From contig CAWDPO010000024.1 of assembly GCA_963804165.1 (NCBI GenBank), positions 32,001 through 96,000 on the forward strand: DNA of 64,000 bases, in the 5' to 3' direction. The notes beneath the pieces are model-generated. The model made no database searches, was not told the DNA's origin, and was given only the letters and a program-made list of their open reading frames with translations. Of the stretch, positions 19,358 through 29,548 are shown piece by piece. The DNA is from an uncultured delta proteobacterium (GTDB taxonomy: Bacteria; Desulfobacterota; Binatia; UBA9968). Made by a program: the position numbers and the translations under genes. Position 1 is the stretch's first letter, and every line of letters starts with the position of its first letter.

Positions 19358-20095
19358 CTATAGCAGCCCTCCGTTGCAGTGGAACAATTGCCCCGTGATC
19401 GCGTCGCTTTCAGGAGTCGTGAGAAAATAATAAAGCTCCGCAAGGTCTTCCGGCTGGCCCGTTCGTCCGAGCGGGATCGACGAATGCCAGCGTTGCCGGC
19501 GCGCTTCGGGAGTTTCTTTTTCCATCACTCGCGGTGTGTCCGTCGGGCCGGGGGCGACGGTGTTGACGCGAATCCCGTCCGGCGCCAGTTCCAGAGCCAA
19601 ACTCTTGGTAAACGCAATGATGCCGGCTTTGGCGGCAGAATAAGGCGCGCGCAGCGCCGAACCGGTCACTCCGTAGTTGGACGCGGTGTTGAGAATCCGG
19701 CCGCTCTTATGTTTCTGCATGATCGGCGCCACTTCACGGCACATGAGGAACGTCCCCTTCAAGTTGGTGTCGATGACTTTCTTCCATTCGGCCCAGGTGA
19801 AATCTTCGATGCGCTTCGTATAGAAACTGCCGCCGGCGATGTTCGCCAACACGTCGATGCGGCCAAAGCGCTGCGCGACAGCGCTGACGACGGCTTTGAC
19901 TTCGCGCGCGACCGTGACATCGACCGACAACGCGTCAGCATTACCGCCCGCGTCTACGATCTCCGCGCGCACCTGCTCCGCGGCCGCGTGATCGAAATCC
20001 GCCACGATCACGGTCATCCCGGCGGCGGCCATGCGATGCGCGACGGCTCGGCCGATGCCGTTGCCTCCGCCAGTGATCAATGCGACTTGATTCAC
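19358..20095 (-). CDS. Short-chain dehydrogenase/reductase (FabG-like)
   Basis: TGGGNGIG, YSAAK, NTVAPG. Confidence 0.92.
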   Translation of the reverse strand: MNQVALITGGGNGIGRAVAHRMAAAGMTVIVADFDHAAAEQVRAEIVDAGGNADALSVDVTVAREVKAVVSAVAQRFGRIDVLANIAGGSFYTKRIEDFTWAEWKKVIDTNLKGTFLMCREVAPIMQKHKSGRILNTASNYGVTGSALRAPYSAAKAGIIAFTKSLALELAPDGIRVNTVAPGPTDTPRVMEKETPEARRQRWHSSIPLGRTGQPEDLAELYYFLTTPESDAITGQLFHCNGGLL

Positions 20096-21885
20096 CGTTC
20101 GTTAACCTCCACGAGCGACGAATAAATCCCGTCGATTACTGTTTGATACCGCAGCGCGACGGCTTTGCGGTCGACTTTGACCTTTTGAAAAACATTGATG
20201 CTCCGCACCTCGGCGGGAAAATCGTCCCTGACGATGGCAAATTCACGGATTCTTTCGTAGTGCTCCAGGCGCTCATTAACGCGCGCGAGCTGCGACGCCA
20301 ACGCCGCGCGCATTTCGATATCCGTCAAGGCGGCATCCGCGCATCCGAGAAATTCCGCGATCCGGCGTCGCTCGGGAACGACGAGGGCCGCGATAAACGG
20401 CCGGTGGTCGCCAAGCAAAACCGCTTGGCGGATAAATGGCTCATTCTCCAACTGCAGCTCGATGAAAGCCGGGTAGATATTGGATCCTTCCGCGCAATAA
20501 AAAACATCCTTTTTTCGGCCGATGATTCTCAGCGAGCCGTCGGGATCGAGCGCGCCGAGGTCGCCCGTGTAGAACCAGCCGTCCGCATCAAACACTTCAC
20601 GCGTCGCCTCGGGATCGTGAAAATAACCCGGCGAAACCGTGGGCCCGCGCACGAGGATCTCCGCATCGCCGGCGATACGGACTTCGACGTTGGGAAAAGG
20701 CTTGCCCAAATTGCCCGGCCGATTCTCGCCGATACCGCAAAGAGTGACGCCGCCGCACTCGGTTGAACCATAGGAACCGAGCAACGGGATGCCGATCAAT
20801 TCGAAGAATCGCATGATCCGCGGCGGCATCGCCGCACCGCTGTAAGTGATATATTTGATGCGCCCGCCGAGCGCTGTGCACGCGGCGTCCTTGAGACCGA
20901 TTCTTAGCTCTTCAAATTTCATGCGATCGGAGGCACTAAGCCCATCCTTGGTTTTTTTCTGATCAAGCGCCTCGAGCACTTCCCAGCGTTGTCGATGACC
21001 CTCCTGGTCGAGAATGCCTTTCCATATTCGCTCCATGACTCGCGGCACTACCGCCATCACCGTTCCCGCCAAAGACTCGATCACGCCGAGATCCAGGCCC
21101 AATTCCGTCGCTTCGACGATCGCGGTGGTCCTGCCGGTAACGGCGCTCTTCAAAAGGCCGAATCGCCCAAGCAAGTGGTTGAGGCTCAGGACAATCACAA
21201 GCAATTCATCCGGTCTGCTGACTGTAATCTCGCGGCCGTTCGTAATGTTGGACAAGAGATTGTCTTGTGTGCGCATAACCCCTTTCGGCTCGCCCGTTGA
21301 GCCGGAGGTGTACATGATCGTCGCGAGATCGTGCGCATGCACGGATTCGAGAATTTCTTCCAGCCGTGCGGGGTTGATGCGCCGGCCTTTTTCCACCAAG
21401 TCATCAAAGGAAAACGTGTTTGGCAACGCTGTGCCGGTTCTCTGCATAATGAAAAGATGCGTCAACGCCGGAAGTTGTCCCTTCAGATTGAGTAACCTAC
21501 CGACGTCCGTTTCATCTTGAATAAAAGCTGCGCGACATTGGGAATGATCGAGCACCTTGAGAAGCATGCGCTCGGAGAAGGCGGGTGAAATCACCACATT
21601 TGGAAATCCGCCTGCCAAAGTCGCCAGATCGGCGCAAACCCTCTCGACGCTGGTTTCACCGATGATCGCTACGGCGTCTCCCGGAGTCAGACCGACGGCG
21701 TACAATGCCAGAAGAGTGTTTTGGACGAGCGCGCCGACATCGCGCCAGGTAATCTCTTCCATGCCGCTGTCTCTTTGAAATTTGATGCACGTGCGATCGG
21801 CAAACTCTTTAACCCTTCGGAAAAAAATTTGGCCGATATGGCGGCCCTGCGAAAAATCAACGAAAGGCGCGGTCCGAGAGCTCAT
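20092..21885 (-). CDS. AMP-dependent ligase, long-chain acyl-CoA synthetase (FAA1-like)
   Basis: IMYTSGSTGEPKGV, SYGSTE, GWFYTGDLG, IIGRKKD. Confidence 0.9.
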   Translation of the reverse strand: MSSRTAPFVDFSQGRHIGQIFFRRVKEFADRTCIKFQRDSGMEEITWRDVGALVQNTLLALYAVGLTPGDAVAIIGETSVERVCADLATLAGGFPNVVISPAFSERMLLKVLDHSQCRAAFIQDETDVGRLLNLKGQLPALTHLFIMQRTGTALPNTFSFDDLVEKGRRINPARLEEILESVHAHDLATIMYTSGSTGEPKGVMRTQDNLLSNITNGREITVSRPDELLVIVLSLNHLLGRFGLLKSAVTGRTTAIVEATELGLDLGVIESLAGTVMAVVPRVMERIWKGILDQEGHRQRWEVLEALDQKKTKDGLSASDRMKFEELRIGLKDAACTALGGRIKYITYSGAAMPPRIMRFFELIGIPLLGSYGSTECGGVTLCGIGENRPGNLGKPFPNVEVRIAGDAEILVRGPTVSPGYFHDPEATREVFDADGWFYTGDLGALDPDGSLRIIGRKKDVFYCAEGSNIYPAFIELQLENEPFIRQAVLLGDHRPFIAALVVPERRRIAEFLGCADAALTDIEMRAALASQLARVNERLEHYERIREFAIVRDDFPAEVRSINVFQKVKVDRKAVALRYQTVIDGIYSSLVEVNER

Positions 21886-23255
21886 AGCTGCTCAAAGTGT
21901 GCAGGGTCATATTTCGCCCTGGCGGGGTCTTCGACTCGTTTGAGACCCTTGATTTCGTGACGATGCGCGTACGAATAGAGAACCGCTTCGGTCACGTCAT
22001 CCATGTGTCCGCGCAAGTACTTGCGCGCCGGGATGGCGAGTCGGAGCAGCTCTACGCCGCGGCGAGCCTGGCTTGGCGCCGCCGGCGGGCCCTTGGTCAA
22101 GCGAACGCCGGACATATGATAAACGAACGCCGCCAATGCTTCGGCGGGAAAGTGCTCCGGCGACAAATGCGGCAGAAATGCTTTGACGTCAATAAAAACC
22201 GCGTGACCGCCCGCCGGTCTCACCAACGGCACGCCGTCACTTAGCCGGTGCCAAAGATAGTTCACTTGTCCGACTCGGTTTGCCATGGTCGACTCGGACG
22301 CAAAAATTTCTTCCAGAGACGTGGCCAGGAGCTCCATGGCACCGCCGGGCAGTTGAACCCCGTCGATAAACGCCTGCACGGAGGCTTTTTGGTAACTTGC
22401 CCTATCGCGCGTCATTATGAATCCGCCTGACGATACCAACAGATCTTTGAGCGCGCTCATGGTGCATGCATCCGCCAGCGCGCAGGTTTCTCGGACGATC
22501 TCACGCAACGTGCGGTCGTGATAACCCTGTTCTCGCTCTTTGACCAGGAAACTGTTCTCGAGGATGCGGCAGGCATCGAGAAAAAGTGGAATCTTGTGCG
22601 CCGTGGCCAGGGTTCTGAGTGCTTTGAGATTGGCGAGAGACACCGGATGGCCGCCACAGGCATTGACACAGAGCTCGACGTAGATGCAGCTAAACGTTTC
22701 AGCGCCGTGTCGCTCGATTGCCGCGGCCAACATTTCGACATCCACGTTGCCCTTAAACGGATTGCTTGACACCAGATCGTGGGCGGACTCGGTAATCACG
22801 TCGATGATTTTAGCGCCGTTCGTCTCGATATGGTTGCGCGTTGAGGGAAAGAGCATGTTACCGGCAACCACGGTGTTGGGCTTGATGTTGATCTTCGTCC
22901 AAATCCGCTCCGCGGACCGGCCTTGCGTGGTCGCGACGACGAAAGGAAAACCAAAGGACTGTCGAATTTGCTCGGAGAGGAGCGCGTAAGAGCGGCTTCC
23001 CTCAGCGGCCAGCCCCATGCCCGGCTCCGCAAACTTCGAGCCGGCCAAGGCGGATAACTGGCTCGTGCTCAGTGAGCTGACACCGCTGTCCGTGCAAAGA
23101 TCGATGTAGATCAGGTCCTGGGGAAGGAGTTCTGTGTTGTAATGCGCCGCACGCAGCGTCTCGTCGCGCTCGTCCAGGGTCGTTTGACGCAGCGGTCGCA
23201 CGACGGCGATTTCGTACGGCACTGAAAAAATTGTCCCTAACGAGCCCGCTTTCAT
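21882..23255 (-). CDS. Divergent tryptophanase/tyrosine phenol-lyase family PLP enzyme
   Basis: IDLCTDSG, GSRSY, QGRSAE, DACR, MSALKD (PLP Lys), GGHAVF, LRLAIPARKY; the catalytic Tyr segment is altered. Confidence 0.85.
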   Translation of the reverse strand: MKAGSLGTIFSVPYEIAVVRPLRQTTLDERDETLRAAHYNTELLPQDLIYIDLCTDSGVSSLSTSQLSALAGSKFAEPGMGLAAEGSRSYALLSEQIRQSFGFPFVVATTQGRSAERIWTKINIKPNTVVAGNMLFPSTRNHIETNGAKIIDVITESAHDLVSSNPFKGNVDVEMLAAAIERHGAETFSCIYVELCVNACGGHPVSLANLKALRTLATAHKIPLFLDACRILENSFLVKEREQGYHDRTLREIVRETCALADACTMSALKDLLVSSGGFIMTRDRASYQKASVQAFIDGVQLPGGAMELLATSLEEIFASESTMANRVGQVNYLWHRLSDGVPLVRPAGGHAVFIDVKAFLPHLSPEHFPAEALAAFVYHMSGVRLTKGPPAAPSQARRGVELLRLAIPARKYLRGHMDDVTEAVLYSYAHRHEIKGLKRVEDPARAKYDPAHFEQL

Positions 23256-23328
23256 GCCGCCCATTCACCTAAATCCATCGGACTCTGGATAGCACGAAAC
23301 TATCGGATTGAAAATCAGAAGTCGATTT

Positions 23329-24138
23329 TCACGGGTTTCTCTGCGCTCCGGGTGAACGGTTTGGCCGCTGCCGCGCGGCAAGCATCGACCACGCCCGGTG
23401 TACCATTTTGCGCTCGGTTGCGAATTTGAGCTGCTTGACGGCCTGTTCGATTGGAAACCAGCGCACGTCATCCGCCTCATGATCGTGATCGCGCACGTCG
23501 CCCCTGAGGTAGCGCAACAAATAGAAATGAACCCGCTTATAGATGCGCACCGGCTCGTGTCCTTCTTTCTCGCGGTAGGAATAACCGATGTCGCCCAGTT
23601 TCCTTATGACCTTTCCTTCGAGACCGGTTTCCTCACGCACTTCGCGCAGCGCCGCTTGCTCCACGCTCTCCCGCTCTTCGACATGTCCTTTCGGCAGTCC
23701 CCAGCGATTGCGCGTGTGGATCAGGGCGACTTCAAGATCATCGCCGATTTTTTTGTAGATCACACCGCCTGCCGAGATTTCTTTGATCGTTCGAATGCCA
23801 TCTTCTTTCAGCGGCGCGCTCGCCGGCGCCTGCTCCTGAAGCCATTGGAGATATCCTGCGCTGCCGGCGATGAGCGGCACCGCGACGATCTCCGGCACCG
23901 AATAGCTGTGCAGCTCGCGCACCTTTTTTTCCAGCGCAGGAAACAGCTCCCTGCGGGTCTTAATGATGAGCAGTTCTTCTTCGCTCTGTTCGACTTGGCC
24001 TTGCCAGCGATAGGTCGACTGAATCGATTTGATCCGATTCACGCACGCCGCAAGTCTTTCACCGACCAGCGTTTGGGCCAGTTGCTCGGCCTCTTTCGCG
24101 GATCCCGCAGTCACGTAAACAATGATAAATTCGAGCAT
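23329..24138 (-). CDS. CutA1 (divalent cation tolerance) - Nudix hydrolase fusion
   Basis: N-terminal [26 protein letters not shown]; C-terminal Nudix box [23 protein letters not shown]. Confidence 0.85.
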   Translation of the reverse strand: MLEFIIVYVTAGSAKEAEQLAQTLVGERLAACVNRIKSIQSTYRWQGQVEQSEEELLIIKTRRELFPALEKKVRELHSYSVPEIVAVPLIAGSAGYLQWLQEQAPASAPLKEDGIRTIKEISAGGVIYKKIGDDLEVALIHTRNRWGLPKGHVEERESVEQAALREVREETGLEGKVIRKLGDIGYSYREKEGHEPVRIYKRVHFYLLRYLRGDVRDHDHEADDVRWFPIEQAVKQLKFATERKMVHRAWSMLAARQRPNRSPGAQRNP

Positions 24139-24283
24139 CGTCGTTAATCTTACAACTCACTTTTATGGACAGTCAATCAACCCGGCGAAAAGAGCGAAAC
24201 GAACCCATCAAGGCTTCGAGGATCGAAGCAAGACAAGCCCGTGGTGTTGCCTCCTGCCTGTCGGCTAATCTAATTTGACCTTG

Positions 24284-25000
24284 ATGCGAACCAAAAACGA
24301 AATCCGCGAACAGATTTGGAAGTTGTTACAAAAGAGTAAAGTCGCCCGCTTCCCCGGAGCTGAAGGACGCATACCGAACTTCATCGGCGCCGAGGCGTGC
24401 GCCAAGCACGTTTCTGAAACTCTGCATTGGAAAACAGCAAGGGTTCTAAAGGCCAACCCCGACTCACCGCAACGCGCCATCAGACACAAAGCGCTGGCCG
24501 AAGGCAAGATCGTTTATATGGCCGTGCCGCGGCTCCGCAGCGACAAGCCTTTCATCGAGCTCGACCCGAAGAAGCTAAAATGTTCGCCCTTCGTGGCGTC
24601 CTCGATCAAAGGCGCGACGCAATACGGCCGGCCGGTGAGGTTGGCTGAAGTGAGAAAAATCGATTTGGTTGTTTGTGGTTCGGTCGCGGTGAATCGCCAC
24701 GGCGCCCGGGTCGGTAAAGGCGGCGGTTACTCGGATCTGGAATTCGCGTTGCTCACCGAGGAAGGTAAAATCGGACCCAAGACACCGATCGTCACGTCGG
24801 TTCATCCGCTGCAAATCGTCGACGAAAAGATTCCGATGACCGAACATGATATCCCGCTCAGCGCGATCGCGACGCCGACGGAGACCATTGATTTGCAACC
24901 GCCATTTGCACGTCCCCAAGGTATTTACTGGCACTTGTTACCACAGGAAAAAATCGACGACATACCCGTCCTGGCACGGCGCGCGAAGTATCGTCCGTGA
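24284..25000 (+). CDS. 5-formyltetrahydrofolate cyclo-ligase-like protein (archaeal/MTHFSD type)
   Basis: GRIPNFIGA, KANPDSPQ, GSVAV..GARVGKGGGYSDLE, MTEHDIP. Confidence 0.85.
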   Translation: MRTKNEIREQIWKLLQKSKVARFPGAEGRIPNFIGAEACAKHVSETLHWKTARVLKANPDSPQRAIRHKALAEGKIVYMAVPRLRSDKPFIELDPKKLKCSPFVASSIKGATQYGRPVRLAEVRKIDLVVCGSVAVNRHGARVGKGGGYSDLEFALLTEEGKIGPKTPIVTSVHPLQIVDEKIPMTEHDIPLSAIATPTETIDLQPPFARPQGIYWHLLPQEKIDDIPVLARRAKYRP

Positions 25001-25074
25001 GTTTCGTCGCTCGGATCGCCATATTGAAGGCCCCCGGTATCTATGTTAGCTAAACAAGTTCGAGGAAAGCGCCA

Positions 25075-25467
25075 ATGACAGAGGTAAATATCGACTTCGC
25101 GAAGGGCAACGGTCTGGTTCCGGTGATCGTACAGGATTACCAATCGCGTGAAGTCTTGATGGTCGCATATATGAACGAAGAAGCCTGGGAAAAAACCAAG
25201 GAAACCGGCAAAGCTCATTACTACAGCCGGTCGCGCAAGGGTCCTTGGTTCAAAGGCGAAGAATCGGGGAATTTTCAGGAAGTCAAAGATGCCTACATCG
25301 ATTGCGATAACGACACCATCTTGCTGCAGGTCAATCAGATCGGCGGCGCCGCCTGTCACGAAGGTTATCGCAGTTGTTTCTTCCGCAAGCGTGCCGGCGG
25401 CGACTGGAATGTCATAGCCGAGCGCGTGTTTGATCCCAAAGAGGTCTACAAAAAATCGTCGCGATGA
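25075..25467 (+). CDS. hisI: Phosphoribosyl-AMP cyclohydrolase
   Basis: [32 protein letters not shown]. Confidence 0.96.
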   Translation: MTEVNIDFAKGNGLVPVIVQDYQSREVLMVAYMNEEAWEKTKETGKAHYYSRSRKGPWFKGEESGNFQEVKDAYIDCDNDTILLQVNQIGGAACHEGYRSCFFRKRAGGDWNVIAERVFDPKEVYKKSSR

Positions 25468-25470
25468 CGA

Positions 25471-25503
25471 TTCAACGTTCAAGGTTCAAAGGTTCAACGT
25501 CAA
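25471..25503. repeat. GTTCAA heptamer array in the hisI-hisG spacer
   Basis: ttcaacgttcaaggttcaaaggttcaacgtcaa; same unit as at 1396-1460 and 6473-6503. Confidence 0.7.
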
Positions 25504-26400
25504 ATGCCATCCCAAGAATTGAAGTTGGGAATCCCGAAGGGGAGCCTCGAGGAAATGACCATCGAGCTCTTCAAGAAATCGGGATGGAAGATTTCGACCA
25601 CGAGCCGCAGCTACTTTCCTTCGATCGACGATGAAACGATTCGGTGCAGCTTGGCGCGTCCGCAGGAAATGTCGCGCTATGTGGAAATGGGCACGTTGGA
25701 CGTCGCGATCACCGGCAAAGATTGGACCCTGGAAAATGCTTCAGACGTCCAGGTGGTCTGCGAAATGGTCTATTCAAAAACGAGTTTTCGGCCGACGCGT
25801 TGGGTATTGGCGGTGCCGCAGGACTCACCGATCAAAAAAATCGACGATCTCAAAGGCAAGCGAATTTCCTCGGAGATGGTCAATTTCACAAAGCGCTACT
25901 TTGCCGAGCGCAATATCCCTGTCACCGTCGAATTTTCCTGGGGCGCCACCGAGGCCAAAGCCGCCGAAGGGTTGGTCGATGCCATTGTCGAGGTCACTGA
26001 AACCGGCAGCACGATTCGGGCCCACGGCCTGAAGATTATTCATGAGCTGATGGAATCTTGCCCGCAACTGATTGCCAACCAGCAGGCTTGGCAGGATCCC
26101 TGGAAAAGAGAGAAGATCGAGCAGATCAAACTATTGTTGCTAGGAGCGCTTTCCGCCGAGAACAAGGTCGGCATCAAACTCAACGTTGCGGAAGGTAACC
26201 TCGAGAAGATCGTCGAGCTGATTCCGAGCATCACGGCGCCCACTGTCGCCACTCTTCACCCGTCGCCCAATCTCAAGGGAGTGAAATGGTATTCCGTCGA
26301 AAGCGTGCTCGAGGAAGCGAAAGTAAGGGATCTGATTCCCAAGCTGATCCAGAGCGGCGCGGTGGGAATTATCGAGTACCCGCTGAACAAAATCATATAA
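25504..26400 (+). CDS. hisG: ATP phosphoribosyltransferase (long form)
   Basis: [31 protein letters not shown]; C-terminal regulatory domain present. Confidence 0.96.
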   Translation: MPSQELKLGIPKGSLEEMTIELFKKSGWKISTTSRSYFPSIDDETIRCSLARPQEMSRYVEMGTLDVAITGKDWTLENASDVQVVCEMVYSKTSFRPTRWVLAVPQDSPIKKIDDLKGKRISSEMVNFTKRYFAERNIPVTVEFSWGATEAKAAEGLVDAIVEVTETGSTIRAHGLKIIHELMESCPQLIANQQAWQDPWKREKIEQIKLLLLGALSAENKVGIKLNVAEGNLEKIVELIPSITAPTVATLHPSPNLKGVKWYSVESVLEEAKVRDLIPKLIQSGAVGIIEYPLNKII

Positions 26401-26457
26401 CAACCCGGCAACCGGTAATAGGCAATAAAAGCTTCAGTTTATTCGGTTGCCAATAAC

Positions 26458-27831
26458 CTACGGCCCGTTGCCTGCTGCCTGTGGCCTATCCTGGTGCGCG
26501 TCCCGCCACAAAAAAAAGTCTTTGGCGATTTCCGGGAATAATGCGTAGGTCAGCACGTCTTCTTCGCTATGCGCCATGCCCGCGGCATCTTTACGCGCCT
26601 GGTCGAGGCCAGGTTCCAACAGGTCGGCCGGCCGACAGGTAATCGGCTCCTTCTTGCCGAGAACCTTCGTTCGCATTTCTTCGCTCACCGGTCCAGGCGG
26701 CTCGCCGTACAGGCCCATCACATAATTGCGCGTTTCCATGGCGACGACGGAATAGCGTTTGCCGGTCATGACGTTCAACGCGGCTTGCGACCCGACGATT
26801 TGGCTCGTCGGCGTGACCAGCGGTGGATAGCCCAGGTCTTTTCTCACCTGCGGCATCTCGGCCAGCACGGCTTCGAGTTTATCTTCGGCTTTCTGCTGGC
26901 GCAGCTGTGCGACCAGGTTGGAAAGCATCCCGCCGGGGATCTGCGAGGTCAACACGTCCGTCTTGATCTGATTATTGACCGGGCTTTCGAACTCGGAATA
27001 ATTGCGCCGCACTGCATAAAAATAATCGGCAATCTTGTTCAGCTTAGCGAGATCCAAGCCGGTGTCATACGGCGTGTCTTTGAGGGCCGCAACCAGCTGT
27101 TCGGTAGCCGGCTGCGAGGTCCCCTGGGAAAACGGCGCAATCGCGGTATCGAGGATATCGGCGCCGGCTTCAATCGCCATCATATAAGTCATCGGCGCCA
27201 AACCGGCGGTGCAGTGGGAATGGAGATGCAGCGGCAGCGGGATGCGCGATTTGATCTTCTTGATGATTTCGTAGGCGACATAGGGCGCCAGGAGTCCGCC
27301 CATGTCCTTCAGGCAAATGATTTGCACGCCCGTGTCCGCGAGCTTTTCCGCCACGCGTAGGAAGTAATCCGGGGAATGCACCGGGCTGATCGTATAACAA
27401 ACGGTTCCTTCCACGAGCTTGCCGGCCTTGAGCGCCGCCGCGATACCGGTCCTCATATTGCGGATATCGTTCATCGCGTCAAAGATTCGGAAAACGTCGA
27501 TGCCGTTCGCCGCCGCGTGCGCGACGAACTCCTGTACGATATCGTCGGGATAATTACGGTAACCGACCACGTTCTGTCCGCGTAAGAGCATTTGAAAACG
27601 GGTTTTCGGCATGGCCGCGCGCAGCTTGCGCAAACGCTCCCACGGAGACTCTTTCAGGAAGCGCAAAGTGGCGTCGAACGTGGCGCCGCCCCAGGTCTCG
27701 AGCGACCAGTAGCCGATCTCGTCCAGTTTTGCGGCGATCGGCAGCATGTCTTCAGTACGCATACGTGTGGCGACCAGACATTGATGCGCGTCGCGCAGCA
27801 CCGTTTCCATGACCTCTATTTTTTTTGCCAT
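26458..27831 (-). CDS. Carboxyltransferase subunit (pyruvate carboxylase B / oxaloacetate decarboxylase alpha / transcarboxylase 5S type), without a biotinyl domain
   Basis: LRDAHQCL.ATRM, WGGATFD, MLLRGQN, KDMGG, HSHCT, QIPGGMLSN, PPLVTPTSQIVG; no EAMKM biotin motif. Confidence 0.9.
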   Translation of the reverse strand: MAKKIEVMETVLRDAHQCLVATRMRTEDMLPIAAKLDEIGYWSLETWGGATFDATLRFLKESPWERLRKLRAAMPKTRFQMLLRGQNVVGYRNYPDDIVQEFVAHAAANGIDVFRIFDAMNDIRNMRTGIAAALKAGKLVEGTVCYTISPVHSPDYFLRVAEKLADTGVQIICLKDMGGLLAPYVAYEIIKKIKSRIPLPLHLHSHCTAGLAPMTYMMAIEAGADILDTAIAPFSQGTSQPATEQLVAALKDTPYDTGLDLAKLNKIADYFYAVRRNYSEFESPVNNQIKTDVLTSQIPGGMLSNLVAQLRQQKAEDKLEAVLAEMPQVRKDLGYPPLVTPTSQIVGSQAALNVMTGKRYSVVAMETRNYVMGLYGEPPGPVSEEMRTKVLGKKEPITCRPADLLEPGLDQARKDAAGMAHSEEDVLTYALFPEIAKDFFLWRDAHQDRPQAAGNGP

Positions 27832-27855
27832 GTTCGACTCGCTTCCAGGACGCGG

Positions 27856-28401
27856 TTACTCGTATATCTCGCTTTGTTTCTCTTCCAGGCGCGCTTTCTC
27901 CTCGGGTTCCACGACGTAGAGTCCGTTTATTTCTTTGATCTTCGTGATGTCGTAGAAGTACTCAGACATCGCCAGGCCATCGTCGAACTCGTACATCTTG
28001 ATGGCGTCCCAGGGGCAAATCTTTTTATCCAAGCGGTCTTCCGATTCCGTACCGATCAGCTGCAATTGAATGCGCTTGGGCACGGCGTCAGGGGGTATCG
28101 GTTTGCGATTGCTGTCGAAAAAACGGTTGTTGTATTCGAAGAAAATTTCACCCGTTTCCTTATGCTGCTGGATCTTCGTCAAGTCGTCGCTGTAACACAT
28201 CTGGCAGCCGATGCACTTATCATTGTCGACGAATACTCGATACGGCTTGAGCCCACCCTGCGGCAATTCTTCGTAGAGCAGGTTGATGCAACCGTCCACC
28301 GGACAATGCAATTCGCAGATCGGCGAGCCAGCGCAGCTCGAGCAATTCTCATTCATCACCGCCAGAAGCGCCGTTCCTTTGCGCTTTTTTGCTTCAGCCA
28401 T
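27856..28401 (-). CDS. 4Fe-4S dicluster ferredoxin-like protein with a long insertion
   Basis: CSSCAGSPICELHCP and CIGCQMC...(~55 aa)...ICPWDAI. Confidence 0.75.
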   Translation of the reverse strand: MAEAKKRKGTALLAVMNENCSSCAGSPICELHCPVDGCINLLYEELPQGGLKPYRVFVDNDKCIGCQMCYSDDLTKIQQHKETGEIFFEYNNRFFDSNRKPIPPDAVPKRIQLQLIGTESEDRLDKKICPWDAIKMYEFDDGLAMSEYFYDITKIKEINGLYVVEPEEKARLEEKQSEIYE

Positions 28402-29227
28402 TGGCTTCCACCCTCGCTTTCTTAAACCGCCCTCGAAGAGCAAGCGCTATCGCCGCCGATAGCAGCACCCACCAGTAACGGATCAATCCTATTCTGCCCC
28501 ATTCCAGCCAATAAACAAAATTGGGCGAACGTGAAATGAGCTCGCCTAGCGCGCTTTGCGCGCCCGCGTAGTCCCGCGACTCGCGCAGCGACTGCGCCAA
28601 CCCGTAAAGCGCGCCGTCATCGCGCGGGTCGAGCTTCAGCGCCGCTTCGAAGTCGCGCCGCGCCTCAGCCCACTTGTCTTGCTCCGCCAAAATGCCGCCG
28701 CGGGTCGTTAGCGCCGAAGCGAAATCGGGCTTTCGTTCCAGCGCGCGGTTCAAGTTTGCGACCGCGCGGTCGAGCTCGCCTTTCCGTTTCTGCGCCACCG
28801 CAAGATTGCTGTAAGCATCCGGCAGCTCCGGATGCAGCTCGATGATCTTTTGATATTCATTGATCGCGGCATCGACATCGCCGCGCACTTCCATCGCGAT
28901 CCAAGCCAGGAAAGTCCGGGCGTCGACATGTTGCGGATTTAATGCGATTGCCCTTCTGACCGCCACTTCCGCTGCGCGCGGATCGCGCAATCGGAGCAGC
29001 GCCATGCCGAGAAACAATTGCAGGTCAGCCTCATTTGGAAAACGGTTGAGTAAAGTCTCAAATTGCGCTTTCGCTTCGGCCGCTTTACCCTCCGCTAAAT
29101 CTTTGCGCGCCTGTTTCCACCGTTGATCGCCAAGTAGGGCAGGGTCGCTAGCGGCGGCGCTGGAAAAACCAATCCCCGCGAGGACGACTAAAACAGCCAG
29201 CCAAGCCCGCACACCCACTATTTCCAC
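28394..29227 (-). CDS. Exported/membrane-anchored TPR protein
   Basis: Signal peptide, about 6 TPR units, C-terminal TM; overlaps both neighbours. Confidence 0.8.
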   Translation of the reverse strand: MEIVGVRAWLAVLVVLAGIGFSSAAASDPALLGDQRWKQARKDLAEGKAAEAKAQFETLLNRFPNEADLQLFLGMALLRLRDPRAAEVAVRRAIALNPQHVDARTFLAWIAMEVRGDVDAAINEYQKIIELHPELPDAYSNLAVAQKRKGELDRAVANLNRALERKPDFASALTTRGGILAEQDKWAEARRDFEAALKLDPRDDGALYGLAQSLRESRDYAGAQSALGELISRSPNFVYWLEWGRIGLIRYWWVLLSAAIALALRGRFKKARVEANG

Positions 29228-29403
29228 ATTTCGTTGGGGATCTCGTCTTCTCTGTCTTCTTCGATCAGCTTGTCGTTTTTGAACGCTTCACGTAGCCCTA
29301 GCCAAGTGAAGAAGATGACGAGAATCAACATTCCGACAATTGGGATATTGTCGGGTTTAGTCACGATTTCAAGAAAATTTTGCAGTCCGCTCGGCTCTTC
29401 CAT
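29218..29403 (-). CDS. Small single-TM protein
   Basis: MEEPSGLQNFLEIVTKPDNIPIVGMLILVIFFTW; overlaps the start of the TPR gene. Confidence 0.65.
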   Translation of the reverse strand: MEEPSGLQNFLEIVTKPDNIPIVGMLILVIFFTWLGLREAFKNDKLIEEDREDEIPNEMWK

Positions 29404-29548
29404 AAAACGTAAGCACCTGTAAATTCAGATTCTTATGCCAACAACATACCGGAATAAATTATTTGAAACAACCGGCTGAACGACTGTCAGCCGAGCGCCG
29501 AAATAGTAGAATGTTTCGACACAACGCCGGTACTCATTAGGCGCACGA

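Noticed and set aside
21882-23255. Assigning the symbol tnaA or tpl
   Set aside because: The catalytic Tyr motif is missing, and neither a tnaC leader nor a tnaB permease is present.
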